Source: Eledone cirrhosa (lineage: Eukaryota). Taken from it: a DNA stretch of 64,000 nucleotides. The position numbers and the translations under genes were made by a program. Positions 1-13,260 of this stretch are shown in pieces. The notes under the pieces are model-generated. The model made no database searches. It was not told where the DNA came from and saw only the letters and a list, made by a program, of their open reading frames with translations. The stretch's first letter is position 1, and every line of letters starts with the position of its first letter. Where the stretch lies: positions 282,100,001 to 282,164,000 of the forward strand of contig OZ024740.1 of assembly GCA_964016885.1 (NCBI GenBank), in the 5' to 3' direction.

Positions 1-1075
1 CTAACTGCAGAAGTAACTGCAACTGCCGTTACCCTAATGCATGCCCACTAAATGGACATTGCCTGACACCCAATATAGTTTATAGGTGCACAGTTAAAAT
101 TGCTTTGCATACCAGCTCCTATATCGGCTCTACCTCTAACCCTTTTAAGGCACGCTATAAGGCGCACTCTTTTTCATTCCGAGACCCTAACAACAGATGT
201 TCGACATCTCTAGCTAGGCACATTAAAAACCTTAAATTAACCAACATTGAACACACACTAACATGAGATATCTTGGCTAGGCTCCAACCGTTCAATGGAC
301 GAAGAAACTCTTGTGACCTCTGTCTTACCGAAGTATATTACATAACTCTATCACGACCTCTACCGATTAACGATAGAACAGAGGTAACTATTAGCTGTCA
401 ACATCGAAGGGCTAATTCCTTCGCCAACAGAATATTGGACCCAACATAGTCATCTAGCCCCATTTTTACTTATAGCTAATAAGTTAAATAGTTATAGCTA
501 ACTTAGATAATTATAAGTTACCTCCCTTACATTATCTCTCAATAAAAAAAAAAAATAGCACTTCTTAACTATAAACTACCCACAATTTCTAATTTCTCGA
601 GGAGTTACTTCCCCTGAAACCACCCTCTAATTAGTAAGGTAAATATGTCAATTGGCGGCCATCTTGTAACCCATAGGCAGATCTCACACAATGCAGCCGC
701 GACAGAAGAATATTGCTCGACTATGGCAGACAATAGATATACCCAGGACACCATAGGGAAATACCAATATATGGAACATTACATTCATGTAACATTCTTT
801 CCTTATTTTAATTTATATTCCTTTTGAAGTTCCGATGAGCTGCTCTAATTGTACCTAAGTTAATTATTTTCAACTGAACCAGATCAATAATGATCTATAA
901 TCATTTGATCCAGAAATATTATATGGTGTAGCGAAACAATTGTAAACGGACATTATTATTATTAATATTATTATTATTATTCTCTACATTCCTTACATCA
1001 AACTAAAACTATGTTGACAATATTTTAATAATGTCTTCCTTGTGAAATTTGTGGTCTTGTTTTGCTTAACTAATG
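1..1075 (+). mobile_element. Penelope-like element 3' end: GIY-YIG endonuclease remnant (3-449) plus pseudo-LTR
   Basis: Frame 3 reads CNCRYPNACPLNGHCLTPNIVY...YIGSTSNPFKARYKAH...CDLCLTE...INDRTEV...CQHR, with one in-frame TGA (264-266) at a conserved Trp; hammerhead motif downstream. Confidence 0.88.
829..947 (+). ncRNA. Minimal type I hammerhead-like motif in the Penelope pseudo-LTR
   Basis: GUU-CCGAUGA-GCUGC...GUAGC-GAAAC-AAUU-GUA-AAC; palindromic stem III, U4>C core variant, very short stem I, long stem II loop. Confidence 0.55.
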
Positions 1076-1153
1076 AATATATATATATAAATATATAAAA
1101 TAATTAAGTCAAATATGTAAAATTTGGCTTCGTTTATTACAAATTATAGATAT

Positions 1154-1208
1154 ACTGCTATATATATTTCAGTGAGAGCCATCATTGGCTGTGACCTCTT
1201 CAGGCAGT
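1154..1208 (-). ncRNA. Type I hammerhead ribozyme (left arm)
   Basis: Inverted copy of 1419-1473 with a few substitutions in stem II. Confidence 0.7.
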
Positions 1209-1418
1209 CCGAATTGGTGTGGGAAGGATAGGTATACATGTTGTTGTCAGTACTCCGATATGTCCGGGCTCCTTGTAGTGTTGTTATTTCTCTTAGGAAC
1301 TGGAATTCCAGTTCCTAAGAGAAATAGCAACACTACCAGGAGCTGGACATATCGATGGATTGACGGAGTAAAACACACTTCAACAACATGTGTACCTGTC
1401 CTTCTCACACCAATTCGG

Positions 1419-1473
1419 ACTGCCTGAAGAGGTCACAACCAATGATGGCTGTCACCGAAATATATATAGCAGT
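1419..1473 (+). ncRNA. Type I hammerhead ribozyme (right arm)
   Basis: ACUGC-CUGAAGA-[11-bp imperfect stem II]-GAAA-UAUAUA-UA-GCAGU. Confidence 0.75.
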
Positions 1474-1625
1474 ATATCTATAATTTCTAATAAACGAAGC
1501 CAAATTTTACATATTTGACTTAATTATTTTACATTACTCCGTAGTAAACAAACCAACCTGCGTACTTTGTCGAGTGGTCCAAACTAAATACTGAGGTGTC
1601 GGTAAACAACCATCATATACTCAAA

Positions 1626-1675
<50 letters not shown>

Positions 1676-1677
<2 letters not shown>

Positions 1678-2565
1678 CTGCTATGCCCTCTGACCACCTC
1701 CCAGCACAAACAGACACACAGCACTCCCACTGCTTGACCACTTCCTGTTGCGCGCGCACCCCACATCTCTCCTCTTCCGACCATCTCTTCATGGAATACT
1801 CGTATGCGGAACTTGACCACCACGGAATCCACTAAAGATCATAGGATTTTACCCACTTTTGAACCATCCTCTTATGGGATCACCTATATAACTCACCCAC
1901 ACAACACACCCAAACAAATTTTTTTCTCCACACGCCACCTACACCCACAACACGCTTAAAACCCACACACACGTGCTTTCCACCACATATTTACACCCTC
2001 AGCCTCCTGATTCCTCTCTCCCCCCACCCCTCTATCCACACACGCACAGACACTCCGACCTACAACCCCCCCACACACACCTCTTCCTGAACAGGCAACC
2101 CCGTTCTTCCCCCAACCCTTACTTTCACATACACATACACACACCTACACACACACACCACCTTCAGCCCTCCCCGCTCGGACACCCCGTCTCCCTCTCC
2201 CCACTCCACCCGCAACCACCCCTACACCCTTCCACCACCTGTTTTACCCCCTTTTTAATTTCAGTTTATTTTGATCATGCTTTTATATTTAATTTTATTT
2301 AATTCCTTGTATTTTGATCATGCTTTATTTTTATTTTTAATTTCATTCGCACCGTTTCCTTTCGCTATATGTCTCTCCACCACTCCCTACACACCCTTTG
2401 AACTCTGTTCCCACACACTTCTCACCTCAGGAAGGGCTTATGCCCGAAACGTTGTTCCCCACCACCACCCCACTCTCCAGAGCGTGAAATTAATAAACAT
2501 TCGTTGTACTGCCTCTCTGTTTTGTTCCTGTTCAAATTTTTCCATTATATATATAAATATATATT
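1676..2565 (+). mobile_element. Probable decayed Penelope-like 3' fragment with degenerate hammerhead (2426-2456)
   Basis: CTCAGGA-A-GGGC-TTAT-GCCC-GAAAC-GTTGT (G5>C, no clear stem I); flanked by TA-rich DNA; no readable ORF. Confidence 0.35.
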
Positions 2566-2613
2566 AAAATAACAGATTAAAGTTTAAGCAAAAAATAATA
2601 TTATTATTATTAC

Positions 2614-2654
<41 letters not shown>

Positions 2655-2761
2655 TACTTGTAAACATCTTTCATAATGTATTTCTCCAAGGTAAATAAAA
2701 ATATAACATTGAGATCAATATAATATATATAAAATAAACTATTCAGAAATATTCCAATATT

Positions 2762-2767
2762 TTTATT
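2762..2767 (-). terminator. Candidate polyadenylation signal of gene A
   Basis: AATAAA ~130 nt after the stop; the AT-rich context weakens the evidence. Confidence 0.45.
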
Positions 2768-2895
2768 TATTTAGATACAAAGACTGTTAACAAAATCAAT
2801 AACTATTGTGTTACGTTTGCATAGAGTTACAGGTACTTGGATATTTTTAGAAGTAGAGGAAAACATAAACAAAAATCTAGATTAATTTCAAAGTT

Positions 2896-3452
2896 TTAAG
2901 ATATAGTGCCCCTTTCAGCAGTTTCAGGGCACAATAATTGGAAAATTTCCTTTTCCAACTTTGGAAGTAAAACTTTATATGACGGTATGAAGATTATATG
3001 GCTTGAAGAAAGACCTTGCAATTTTTCCAAATAGTCATTTCGCTTGCCACCAATAGCTACAAAATAAACTTTTATGTTTTTGGTAGCTAAATCTTCTATT
3101 CTCCTTGCAAGTGTACTACTTTCAAAATTTATTGTTTCATCAACAAATACGAAATTAACTCTTCGATTTAAGTAGTTTGAATAATCGTAATTACTTAGTT
3201 TGTCGATTATTGTATGAAATGGTTTGTTTTGATACTTAGAGATTTGTTGCTGAACTTTCAAATTATTTCCTTCGAATCCAAAGGAAATATCTTGTATAAC
3301 TGGGCACTGCTCAAATACTATTCCAAATCTGAAGTTTACACGGCTGTAAACTTTTTCAGTAACATCATTAACAACATTTAGAATGTAAGTGGTTGTTTTA
3401 TGTCCCAAATGGATGTTGTTTACAGCAAATATAACATCGACTGGTTTGCAAT
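2896..3452 (-). CDS. Gene A terminal exon, degenerate VWA domain 3 (CKPVDVIFAVNNIHLG...VYFVAIGG...LLCPETAERGTIS*)
   Basis: Within ORF 2896..3522; TTTTACAG acceptor; VWA-like beta-strand pattern; stop TAA followed by AATAAA. The spliced CDS is 1815 nt (604 aa plus stop). Confidence 0.88.
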
Positions 3453-4595
3453 CTGTAAAAGTAAAAATCAAAAGTTTAAATTGATTTAGAAATTTTACTG
3501 GATTACAAAAAATACAATACAATTCCTACGTTTATTTTAGAACACCACTACAATTATTCATTAAAAGCGGTGGAAATTAATATTTGGGCTAAAGGAGGAT
3601 ACGTCTACATTCTACAGCATCGATTGAATGATCTAAAAATGTATCAATTTCAAGTTAGTAAAATAGCAAGCAGCTAAATTAACATATTTCCATTCATTTA
3701 CTTTTCATAATTAACAATTGGGAGAAGAATATTTACTTCTATTCAGACTACATGTGGATAAAGCTTTACCGGTTTTGTGTTACGGAGAGTTTCTTTTTTT
3801 AACTGAGTAATACTATGCCGGTAACTGATTTACCAAATAGCATGTTTAGAATTGTTGTTAAGTTATAACCAGTTTCTATTTTTCAAGCTGGTAATTTACC
3901 GGAGAATTGCAGTTTCCTTTCTTCTTAAAAGTGTTGATGTTTAACAGCACAAGAGTGCACTCGTTATCGATCTCAGAAAAAACACTTCTTTTTTTTTTTT
4001 GCATGCATTACTAGGCTTTTACTTATTTTATTGACCTCTGAAGTATGAAGGCAAAACTGATTCCGGCGGAAAACAAAGTTTCATTTCTTCCTGAAGACTG
4101 TCATGACAAACACACCAGTACTCTCTACTCTAAAGCACTATGGATGCGTTCATAAAACAGTTGATAACTGCTCACACTCAACGAAATGAGCCAGCGATTT
4201 AACTTCCCCTAGAGATTTATGTAAATGGCTTAATTTTGTTCTAGTTTCAATTTGATTTATCATCATCCTCTAATCTATGAATACATTTCTGCGATCCTGT
4301 CACAGCACGTAAAGAGAGAGGAGTAGTTTGACTACCTCATACTACTTCCCTCTCTTTACAACAAAAACAAGGTGCTGCTACCACAGTTGTTATGACTCCC
4401 TCATACTACTCTTCTCTCTTCCCATATAAATGTATGTATATGCACATACACACACGCGCACACATATACACATACTCGTCAGCATATGGAAAAAATTCTA
4501 GTATAATCATAACATAGAAAGCTTATATATTTTTATACAATTCATAGCATAGAACGTTGTCATAAAAGATGTGTAAATAAAGCTGAATTACTAAC

Positions 4596-5186
4596 ATTTT
4601 TCATCTTTTGGCTGATTTACTTTTGTACATGTTGCATTGTTTATGTATTTCACTTTTCTTGATAAGTCATACATGTCACTAAAAGTAAAAACATATTCAT
4701 CCTTCGGAGAACTAGCCATTTCATTCATATCCACTTGACTAACAAGCGATCCAACTCCAACAGAAAAAATGATTACACCATCTTGTTTGAGCTTATTAGA
4801 TTCTTTTATTGTTTCCTTGTGATCTTCTGTGCGTCCATCAGTAAGTATTATCAAAATACGAGTTCTACCAAGTATTTTATTTTCCGCGGTAAATATTTCT
4901 GTTCTAATTTTCTGGAGACTGTACCCTATTTTCGTTCCTCCTCCTATGTAGTTGGTGTTTCTTATTTTCTCTCTAATTACCGATTTTTTAATTCCATCAT
5001 TAAAATCAATGACTTGTTTGTATTTATTGCTAAATATAGACAGTCCAATGCGTATTTTGTCAGGGCCAATGTCGTAGTTTTTTATGATATTTTCCACTGC
5101 ATTCAACTCCATTTTAAATTCATCGGCAACGATACTACTTGATGAATCAAGAAGAAAAAACACATCAGCAGATATATTTTTGCATT
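4596..5186 (-). CDS. Gene A exon 6, VWA domain 2 (ECKNISADVFFLLDSSSS...ILTDGRT...FSVGVG...)
   Basis: Within ORF 4591..5289; canonical VWA motifs; TTCCAG acceptor; the phase-1 GTTAG donor at 4595 was chosen because the next exon starts in phase 1. Confidence 0.92.
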
Positions 5187-5419
5187 CTGGAATTAAAATT
5201 AAAAAAATATAGATTAATATTGTGAAATGTTTCCCTTTGAGAACATAAAAAAATACTCGGTGTAAACTAAAGAAAACAAATTTAATCAATTACTTGTTTT
5301 CGAGTTTCAAGAGACAAAAGGACCAGTTATCTTATAAAAATGTATTTATAAAGGAGATAAAATTTATCCATCTACCAAATGTGAAATACGTAAGGCAAGA
5401 GCATAAAAAAATAATTCTT

Positions 5420-6780
5420 TATTTATTGGATACTAGGGCCGAAACATAAAGGATAATATAAAAGAACAGGAGAAATGGGGATTAACATAAAAACAAGTAC
5501 AAAATAGGACAACAGGTTACAACTAACAATCAATAAATAAATAACAATAGAATTCACCAATAGGGGGAGCATCGCCCAGGTTTAGTTTAGGAACCCCACA
5601 GATCTATAACCAACTTAATCGCCAAGAACACACTAGGAAAGTGCTCCTGTTTCTCATTGAACTCTCTAGCAAACAAACGCATGCTTAGAATAGGCCCATT
5701 CACCCAGACCATCCTCTCTACATTCAGCGACCTTTTAACAAATATACTGGTGGTAAGTACTTTCCTCTCCACTCTCACCTGCCTTTCCAAGTGGAACTTA
5801 AATAAGTCGACGGGGTCTTGGCCGAAGAGGAAAGTGTTTGCCTTCAATCCTTTCAGTCCCGTCCACCACACAACCTCTTTCGCTACAGTCACAAGAGAGT
5901 AAAACGTCCAAAAGAAGGTGCAAGGATCTTCACGATAGAGTCAACCGATAGCCGGATCCATGCTATAAGTGACAATAACTTTTCGAAAAAAACTTCACAA
6001 GTCAGCAATGACGGGTCACTGAAAGAGCACGCGTAGAACGGTTTTATCGCTCTAAGTGCATCTTTTACAGGTTCGTCTGACGGCACTTTCGTAAATGTAC
6101 CCCCAGGTAGTACTGTCAAGCCATCGATTTCTGGCACCGGACCAAAAGTCCTCTGGAAAAGCCGGGGTAGTTCGTTCTCATCGATAACTAGAATCTCCCC
6201 GAAAGCATCGTCGCACTTGCCGAACATGACGCATCTATAGAATACTAGTGTGAAATTTCCATTGGTGCACTGCCCGATTGGTAGATGGTTATGAGTGCAT
6301 GACAACATTCAAGATGTCAGGTGCCCATTCACGGCCTTCGTTTGATCCTCAATTGCGGCTCAGTCAAAGAGATAAGCTGTGGAAAGACGTGTCTCAGACA
6401 CGGCAACCGCACCATCATTCACGACATACCCAGCCCTCGGCATAAAAAGTGTTGGCATTAAATGTACCGCCTGACAAGTGGAACCTGTCCACTCGACAAG
6501 AGGTAAAAGAGCAGGTGCTCCTATATGTATTATTGGCTTATTGCAGCACTTCACATCTTCCGTTGGGAGCCTCACGAAGCCGTCGAGGTAGGAACTATAG
6601 TGCACTAACATCTCTGTACGCTCATTGACTCCGAACATTTGTGCAAAGGGCCGCTGAAAAACCACACGCATCTGCTTGGAATCGAAGAGTACGCGCTTAT
6701 TTCGATCCGGGAAAGATCTAACTGTGGCTTTATTTCCACGCTGCACCACTGCCACTTGAGCCAATCGAATAGCTTTTGTA
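5420..6780 (-). mobile_element. Degenerate L1/Tx1-clade LINE, 3' part
   Basis: Broken frames EHLLFYLLSSGQVPLVRR..CQH..GLGM and AKEVVWW...FKFHLERQVRVER resemble the Tx1 ORF2 C-terminus; the 3' UTR is related to 13033-13260. Confidence 0.65.
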
Positions 6781-7359
6781 CCTTTGTATCGTAGATATCA
6801 CTCCTAAACGCCTAGTTTAGTTACTACCCCCCCCCATTTGGCTCTATTTTTCTATTGCTTCTTATTTACTAAATGTTATTGATTCTCCTCCATTCGCTCC
6901 CTCGAGAGCGCACCAACACCTGGAGTTGACAATTGTCCGTGCCAACTGTTTCTTAACAAAGTGTTAATCCGGATTCTGTAGACATTACACGCCATGAATT
7001 ACGCATAAAGCTTACAGTAACAGAGTCCTGGACTACGTGATCTATCTAAGTCGACCATGCAGATCACAGATTGTGGCCTGAATAATCGACTATTTGTAGT
7101 TGTGGACACCCTACGCGAACTCTAATATATAACCTCATGAAAAACCTATTTAAATAGATCTAGACGACCACCCTATGTGATTGTTCCATCAGGCAGTTGG
7201 AATTGTCTGATCAAGTTCTTGAGGTATTTGCACGCCCTGCTTCTATCGGATACTTCATCACATTCCTATTGTCCTATTGTGTCATACAGCATTTCTTAGG
7301 CATTTAAAAACTTGGTGGAGCCCACCTCTTCTTCAGGTCTGAACACAAACGATTTCTTC

Positions 7360-7362
<3 letters not shown>

Positions 7363-7442
<80 letters not shown>
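7363..7442. repeat. (GA)n microsatellite
   Basis: Seen directly. Confidence 0.97.
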
Positions 7443-7445
<3 letters not shown>

Positions 7446-8911
7446 CTTTTTTATCGATCCCGAAAGGGGGAAAGGCAAAGATGACTTCGAAAGGAATTAA
7501 ACTGAGAATGCAGAGAGCCGGAACGAATACCGCAAATCATTCTATCAGGCATAATAACACATATACATTACTGAAACCATTCAAAGTAATGCAACTCACA
7601 TTGTGCATATTCTGCACAACAGATGTAACAATAAAATAACACCAGAAATAACTCTCACAATAAAGCGGCACTGATGTAATATATTAACCACGATATTACA
7701 AACCTTGAAGACAATGCTACAAGAATTTTAGGAACACGAACGTGCACTTGGTGGTGCACTGGAAACTTCTATAAAACTTGAACCATTAAAAAGTTGTTCG
7801 AATCCAACACCAAACATCTAATCAAGAACTAGATAGAATAGAAGTCAAAACAGCGCCAATAGTAAGAGAAATAAAAGTGTTTAAAGAATATGGACAGTGT
7901 AAGGATTGCTATGGGCGAGTTGTTTAAAGCAGCATGTATAGCACTTGAACAATCATGGGAAGCAATAACAACAAAAGTAGCTATGACTGTACAAAACATG
8001 GAAAATGTGTTTAACAAAAATGTTTAATGATTTTATTGAAAGAAGACCTGGATCTCACACCGAAGATAAACCATCTTAATTATTCCCAAGCTATTATGAA
8101 TAATTCGCAATCATCCCTGTTAGAAGAGGAATATTTCAATAAAACTTCATCTTTCCACTCCTGTCTATAATGAAGCTTTATCAAAAACATCTACATCACT
8201 CTCCTTAATACCGTAGTCTGAATAAATCGCAATAAACATGGTATGCAAGAATGCATTTAAAAGCCCCGGAATTTAAACTTTAGTTTTGATGACTATCGCA
8301 AATCATGGCCCAGTCAACACGCATTTACATATAAAACCCTCAATAAAGCAATGGATAAAGCTGTGAAGGAGAAAATAATGTGTTCTATTTTATTGGTACT
8401 AAATTCTTCTGTACGACACCAGGATCTTGCAAGAAAATCCGCTAAACCTGTTTTAAACAGAATCTTTATGTCTATGTTTATATTTGACTGTGTCTGTCTG
8501 AATTAGCAGGCAATCATTTTAGGATTGTGGGAAGTCTCTACATTTCCTCTAAACCGAGTAGGATATTTTAACATTTTCTCATTCGCTATTTAATTCCTAA
8601 TCTCGAAGATGTGTTTTCGAATGACGATGAAAGTATGAATGAACGAAAGAAAAGATACATCGCTGCGTTTCGGACTGTTTTGTCGGAAGGAACCTTGATT
8701 ATCCTAGCAGTTCCTTTCCTTAACCTACCATACAATTAGCATTCACCATTGGTGTTGCATAGTGGTGTGTCAGAGTTCAGGATTTCCGAATAATTTTGTA
8801 CAATAATGGGAACTAATTTTAAGGAAATAATATAAAATAATATAAAATTAAAGAAGAGGAAATGCAAACATGCACATTATCAGTAGGATCAGTAGGATTT
8901 GCGAAACATAC

Positions 8912-8935
8912 CTGTTTCAATGTTTTGAGGATCAG
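8912..8935 (-). CDS. Gene A exon 5, 24-nt linker micro-exon (SDPQNIET)
   Basis: TTTTTATTTCAG acceptor, GTATGT donor, phase 1 to 1, open frame. Confidence 0.65.
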
Positions 8936-9663
8936 CTGAAATAAAAAATATATTCTTGTTAAAACATTATATAACGAAGTCACACGTGTTTCTCAACAGT
9001 TTCTCAACTTGGTACCTATTATAAAAAATAATGGCCATCTTTTCAAATGGAATCTGTTTCTTATATTATATATTTATTTAACTCTATAGCACTATTGTCA
9101 CAGTCACACGTGGTTTGTGTCACGCTAATATCAAAGATGAAGTAATTCAACATATCCAAACACTTACAAAATAGCTTAAACCATGGCATATCAATTGAGA
9201 GTCTCAGACAGAAAGATGTAACAACGAGGCTCTATTAACGTACTAGGTTGTATTACCTTTTGGTATATTCAGCTGTTTCAGTTACAAATGGACAGAGGGT
9301 TGTATTCTTTCACTAATGTTATAGCATGAAACTGTTCGTAAACTTTACAAACCCAACATTTAAATTTGTTGTTTTTGCCGATAATCGCGCAATGGTTGCT
9401 AACTCTAACGCAGATTGGAATATTGGCTATAAACAGATTTTACTATGGTGCCAAGTCTTTAGAATCCCCATAAACCCACCAAAGACTAAAGTCAGGGACA
9501 TATATTTCCTGTATACAAATTGTTTCTTTAAAATTTAATTGCTACTCTTCATTTAATGTTCATATAATTGGCGGAGTATATTAAATAAAACATTTTGTGA
9601 TGGGAAATCTATTTCATTTATCTGTATGTAGTTATCATATGACCAATAACGTTTCATACTTAC

Positions 9664-10099
9664 ATTGACATGAACTTAAGAATATTTCATATTTTGAGTC
9701 GATTAAAGCAGTATAATTATCTACATGAAAGTAATGACTTTCTTTGGGCTTACTGGCAATTCCTCTCAATTCCACCTCATTAGTTTCGTTTCCAATACCA
9801 ATAGCAAATAATTTTATATTAGCATTTCGAGATTTCAGAGCAGCTAATTGAGTCTGTTTAGCTTGTTGTGAACTGCCATCGGTTAGAATGAATGCAACAT
9901 GTTTTACATTTTTTCTGGCACCCATTTCAGTTGTAAACATAGTGCTGGTTAGTAAATCTAAAGCCAGACTAGTGTTAGTATTTCCTTTCAGTTGAGCAAT
10001 ATTTGATACACTCTTCATTAATGCAAGTTTGTCATTAAAGTCCGATAGATAGATATTAGGCACAGCAGTTGTACTGAAAGTTACAACACCGACTCTTAC
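9664..10099 (-). CDS. Gene A exon 4, rest of VWA domain 1 (VRVGVVTFS...TNTSLAL...ILTDGSS...FAIGIG...SSCQ)
   Basis: Overlaps ORF 9635..10063; TTTCAG acceptor, GTAAGT donor; 436 nt, phase 0 to 1. Confidence 0.92.
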
Positions 10100-10319
10100 C
10101 TGAAATGATCAACAGAAAATAATACATATAGTTTCTAGTTAAAAAAAAAAAACATACGTACTAAAATATTTTGCATAGGAAACGTATTAATCTTATATTG
10201 ACCATCATTGCATTTAGTACCTCCAACTAAATGTTTGAAGGGAGAGTATATTTTCAAGATACAACAAGACAAGAATAAACAATGATAACAAAATAAAATG
10301 ATTATTAATATAGGCATAA

Positions 10320-10515
10320 AACCAACAATTTGTGGGAGGAGAACGTCTATTATATCGAAACCCGATACTTGACTGGTACTTTACTTTATCAATCCCAAAC
10401 AGATTGAAAATCTAAGTTGACGACGGCAGGATTTGAGCGCAAACAGTAAAGTGCCAAAACAAATAATGCTAAACATTTGTTGACGCTTTAAAATCTTTGC
10501 CAATTTACCGCTCTA
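10320..10515 (-). mobile_element. Older diverged SINE copy
   Basis: CTGGTACTTTA..TTATC..CCC....GAT.GAAA...AAGTTGAC..CGGC.GGATTTGA core. Confidence 0.6.
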
Positions 10516-10926
10516 ACAAAAACAAAAGCTACAGTAATTATAATGGATACAACAACTATCATATATATTGTGTAAACCATCAATAGGTAAACTGACAATA
10601 ACATGCAAACTATCATAGTTAAGTCGACAATAAAATGCTAATACTTATACCATCACCATGCAATGAATTAGTAAGTTTACGAAACTCTACACCCGATTGA
10701 CTGCTATAAGTGAAAACAATTATTAGAATATTAAGAAAACTATTGCCTTAAAACTGGATGGAGAACATTAACATATTACCATAACGGTAGTGAAGCTGTT
10801 GGTAAATCGAGCTATTACAATAGGCAGTAAAAAGGGGAAAACAAACTTTAGTACGACTCTGATTGATTACCGAAAGCATTTGATAGTATACCACAGCCTC
10901 GGAGTGCCAAAGCACTCCACAATAAT

Positions 10927-11117
10927 AATTGTTTCTAACTATTGGCACAAGGCCAGCAATTATCCCAGTACATTACTGGCACCTTATTTTATCGACCCTG
11001 TAAGGATGAAAGGCTAAGTTAACCGCGGCGGGATTTGAACTCAGAATGGCAAGGGCCGTAACTCTATGCGTCAAAGCATGGCGTCCGACCCTCTACCGAT
11101 ACTGCCAATTCACCGCC
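10927..11117 (-). mobile_element. Same SINE family
   Basis: High similarity to 19968-20151. Confidence 0.9.
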
Positions 11118-11124
11118 CTTCATT

Positions 11125-11500
11125 AATAATGTAGCCACAAATACTAACAGAAAACAATAAATTAGACAATAGGGGGTTATAAAGATATTAAATAACGAGT
11201 GAAACCGATAAGAAACACACTGAGAGATAAATGTAGGAGGATATTTGAAAATGGACTCAATCGAAGACCTTAAACAAGAAAACCAGGACATTACTAATAG
11301 CGATCCAAATTAACACCCGAAATATTATATATCTGGAACTGGAACTGGGAAGATTACAAGTCAAAGAAGTAATCGATGCATGGGAAGATGCAAAGTGAGT
11401 ATATTGGTGAAAGTAGAGGATCGACTGCGAGCCCGGCGATTAGTTATAGTAAAAGTAACTAGCCGAAACCGCCGAGCTCGCGGTCGATCTTCTACTTTCA
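11125..11500. mobile_element. Insert with ~31-bp inverted repeat (11408-11438 / 11470-11500) and 3' half of a hammerhead, ending in (TA)n
   Basis: GAAA-CCGC-CGAGCTC-GCGG-TC at 11465-11485, preceded by a stem II hairpin; CUGANGA absent. Left boundary approximate. Confidence 0.55.
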
Positions 11501-11519
11501 TTATATATATATATATATA

Positions 11520-11790
11520 TGGTGGTGGTGGTGTAGTGAGGTAGTGAGGACATGTTGTGGTGGTGGTGTAGTGTAGTTGTGAGGATATGTTGTGATAGTG
11601 GTGGTGTAGTGTGGTAGTGAGGAGATGTTGTTGTGGTGATGTAGTGTAGTGTGGTAGTGAGGAGATGTTGTTGTGGTGATGTAGTGTAGTGTGGTAGTGA
11701 GATGTTGTTGTGGTGGTATAATGTAGTGTGGTGGTATAATGTAGTGGTGAAGTGTGGTAGTGAGAACATGTTATGGTGGTAGTGTAGTGT
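11520..11790. repeat. GTG/GTAGT-rich minisatellite including a 39-bp tandem unit
   Basis: GTAGTGTAGTGTGGTAGTGAGGAGATGTTGTTGTGGTGAT-like repeats. Confidence 0.85.
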
Positions 11791-11915
11791 TTTCATTTAC
11801 CAATGTAATATCAAAATATTCGTTTCACTTCTGTAAACTGGTCCCATACACAATTCCACTGCACCTGCTTAAAATTTAGTTATTGATTAGTTCTTATGAG
11901 GTTTGTTAACGCTAT

Positions 11916-12205
11916 GCAGCAAATTGGCAGAGTCGTTAAGACGTCGGATAGAATGCTTTACGGTATTTGTCCCGTCTCATTGCGCGCTCTGAGTTCGAAT
12001 TCCGCTGTGGTCAACTTTGCCTTTCATCCTTTCGAGGTCGATTAAAAAAAAGTATCAGTCCAGTACTGTGGTCGACTTTTCCTCTATAGAAAAAAATCAG
12101 CTGTGTTCAGACCAGGAGAGGGTTGGACTCCGCCAGGTTTAAAAGTGCCCTAGACATGCCGTTTGACGGTGTCTCTACGACTCCACAAGGAGTTACGGGA
12201 TTTTT
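11916..12205 (+). mobile_element. Second SINE subfamily (same core, different 3' tail)
   Basis: Reverse-complement match over ~280 bp to 50912-51192; tail fragments also at ~7295-7345 and ~23270-23345. Confidence 0.75.
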
Positions 12206-12790
12206 ATCCTTTTAAAGCTATGGATAAATAGGTATGTTGTATATTTGTCATTTGACTCATTCCATGTTTCTGTTGATTTTCGTTTCGAAAAAAACCTTAT
12301 ATGTCAGTGTAACTGCTGTTGTTCTTCATAATCTTTTTAATCCTAGAATTTGAAATTGTGGCTCTTTAAAAATATTGTTTGGTTTTCTTGTGTGATTAAT
12401 GTTAATATGTTGATGAGTTGTTGATTATATGAATTATACTTTTTTTAGTTTACGTTTTGTTAGTAAGCCGCCTTATTTTGTCGATGGTCATTTCTTTAGG
12501 TTGGGGACAGAGGCATGGCTAGGCATCCTCGTACCCATTTTCTGAATGGATGGTATGCAGAAGAAATGAAATTTAAAAAATAATATATATATATATATAT
12601 ATACAAAGCCAATTTCTTTTAGTTTGAATCCGGTGTAAATGACTTTTTACAGCTTCGTCGATGTTATTTCTGCAAGTAAGTTTCGAAAATTATATTCTAT
12701 GTGGGAAATGTCCTTCGCTTCCCAGGATGACTTGAAAGAGCATCTGACAAGCTCAGCATTAAATAATGATAAAAATAATAATGATGACAA

Positions 12791-12998
12791 TCCTTTCTGA
12801 TTTAGACACAAGGCCGACACTATTGGGTAAGGGGGAAATTCGATTAAATTGCCTCCAGTGCGTTACTGGTACTGTATTTTATCGACCCGGTAAGGATGAA
12901 AGGCAAATATAACTTCGGCGGGATTTGAACTCAACACTTAAAGAGTCAAAGCTCTATGTCACGAAGCATGGTATACTGATACTACCAATCCACCACCC
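12791..12998 (-). mobile_element. SINE copy
   Basis: Shared core and head with the other copies. Confidence 0.8.
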
Positions 12999-13032
12999 TA
13001 ATATATTAAAAATGATAATAATAATTGTTTCA

Positions 13033-13260
13033 TTTATTGACTTCAAGGGCCGACATATAGGGACGATACAAAGACAAGGAGAGTAGGAGTTTTACTTATA
13101 ACAACGTGTAAACAATATACAAAAAAAATTATAACAAATTACATTCTCCAATAGGAGGAAGAAAACCCAGGCACGACTTACGTACCCCACTAATTCTGAA
13201 ATATCCGACGCATCGAGAGCACCCGGGAAGGGTACTTCTCTTCTCTTTAAATCAAACAAC
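13033..13260 (-). mobile_element. 3' terminal fragment of the same Tx1-like family
   Basis: Similar to 5420-5590 (TTTATTG..AGGGCCGA.A..., CCAATAGG.GGAG....CCCAGG). Confidence 0.5.

Larger units (their letters stand above)
1095..1628. mobile_element. Palindromic Penelope-type pseudo-LTR insert (arms ~1095-1305 and 1306-1532) between TA-rich tracts
   Basis: Near-perfect inverted repeat centred on TGGAATTCCA (1301-1310); each arm carries a hammerhead. Confidence 0.8.

Noticed and set aside
264-266. In-frame TGA in the Penelope endonuclease as selenocysteine or recoding
   Set aside because: It falls at a position that is normally Trp (TGG>TGA), so simple decay is the more economical explanation.
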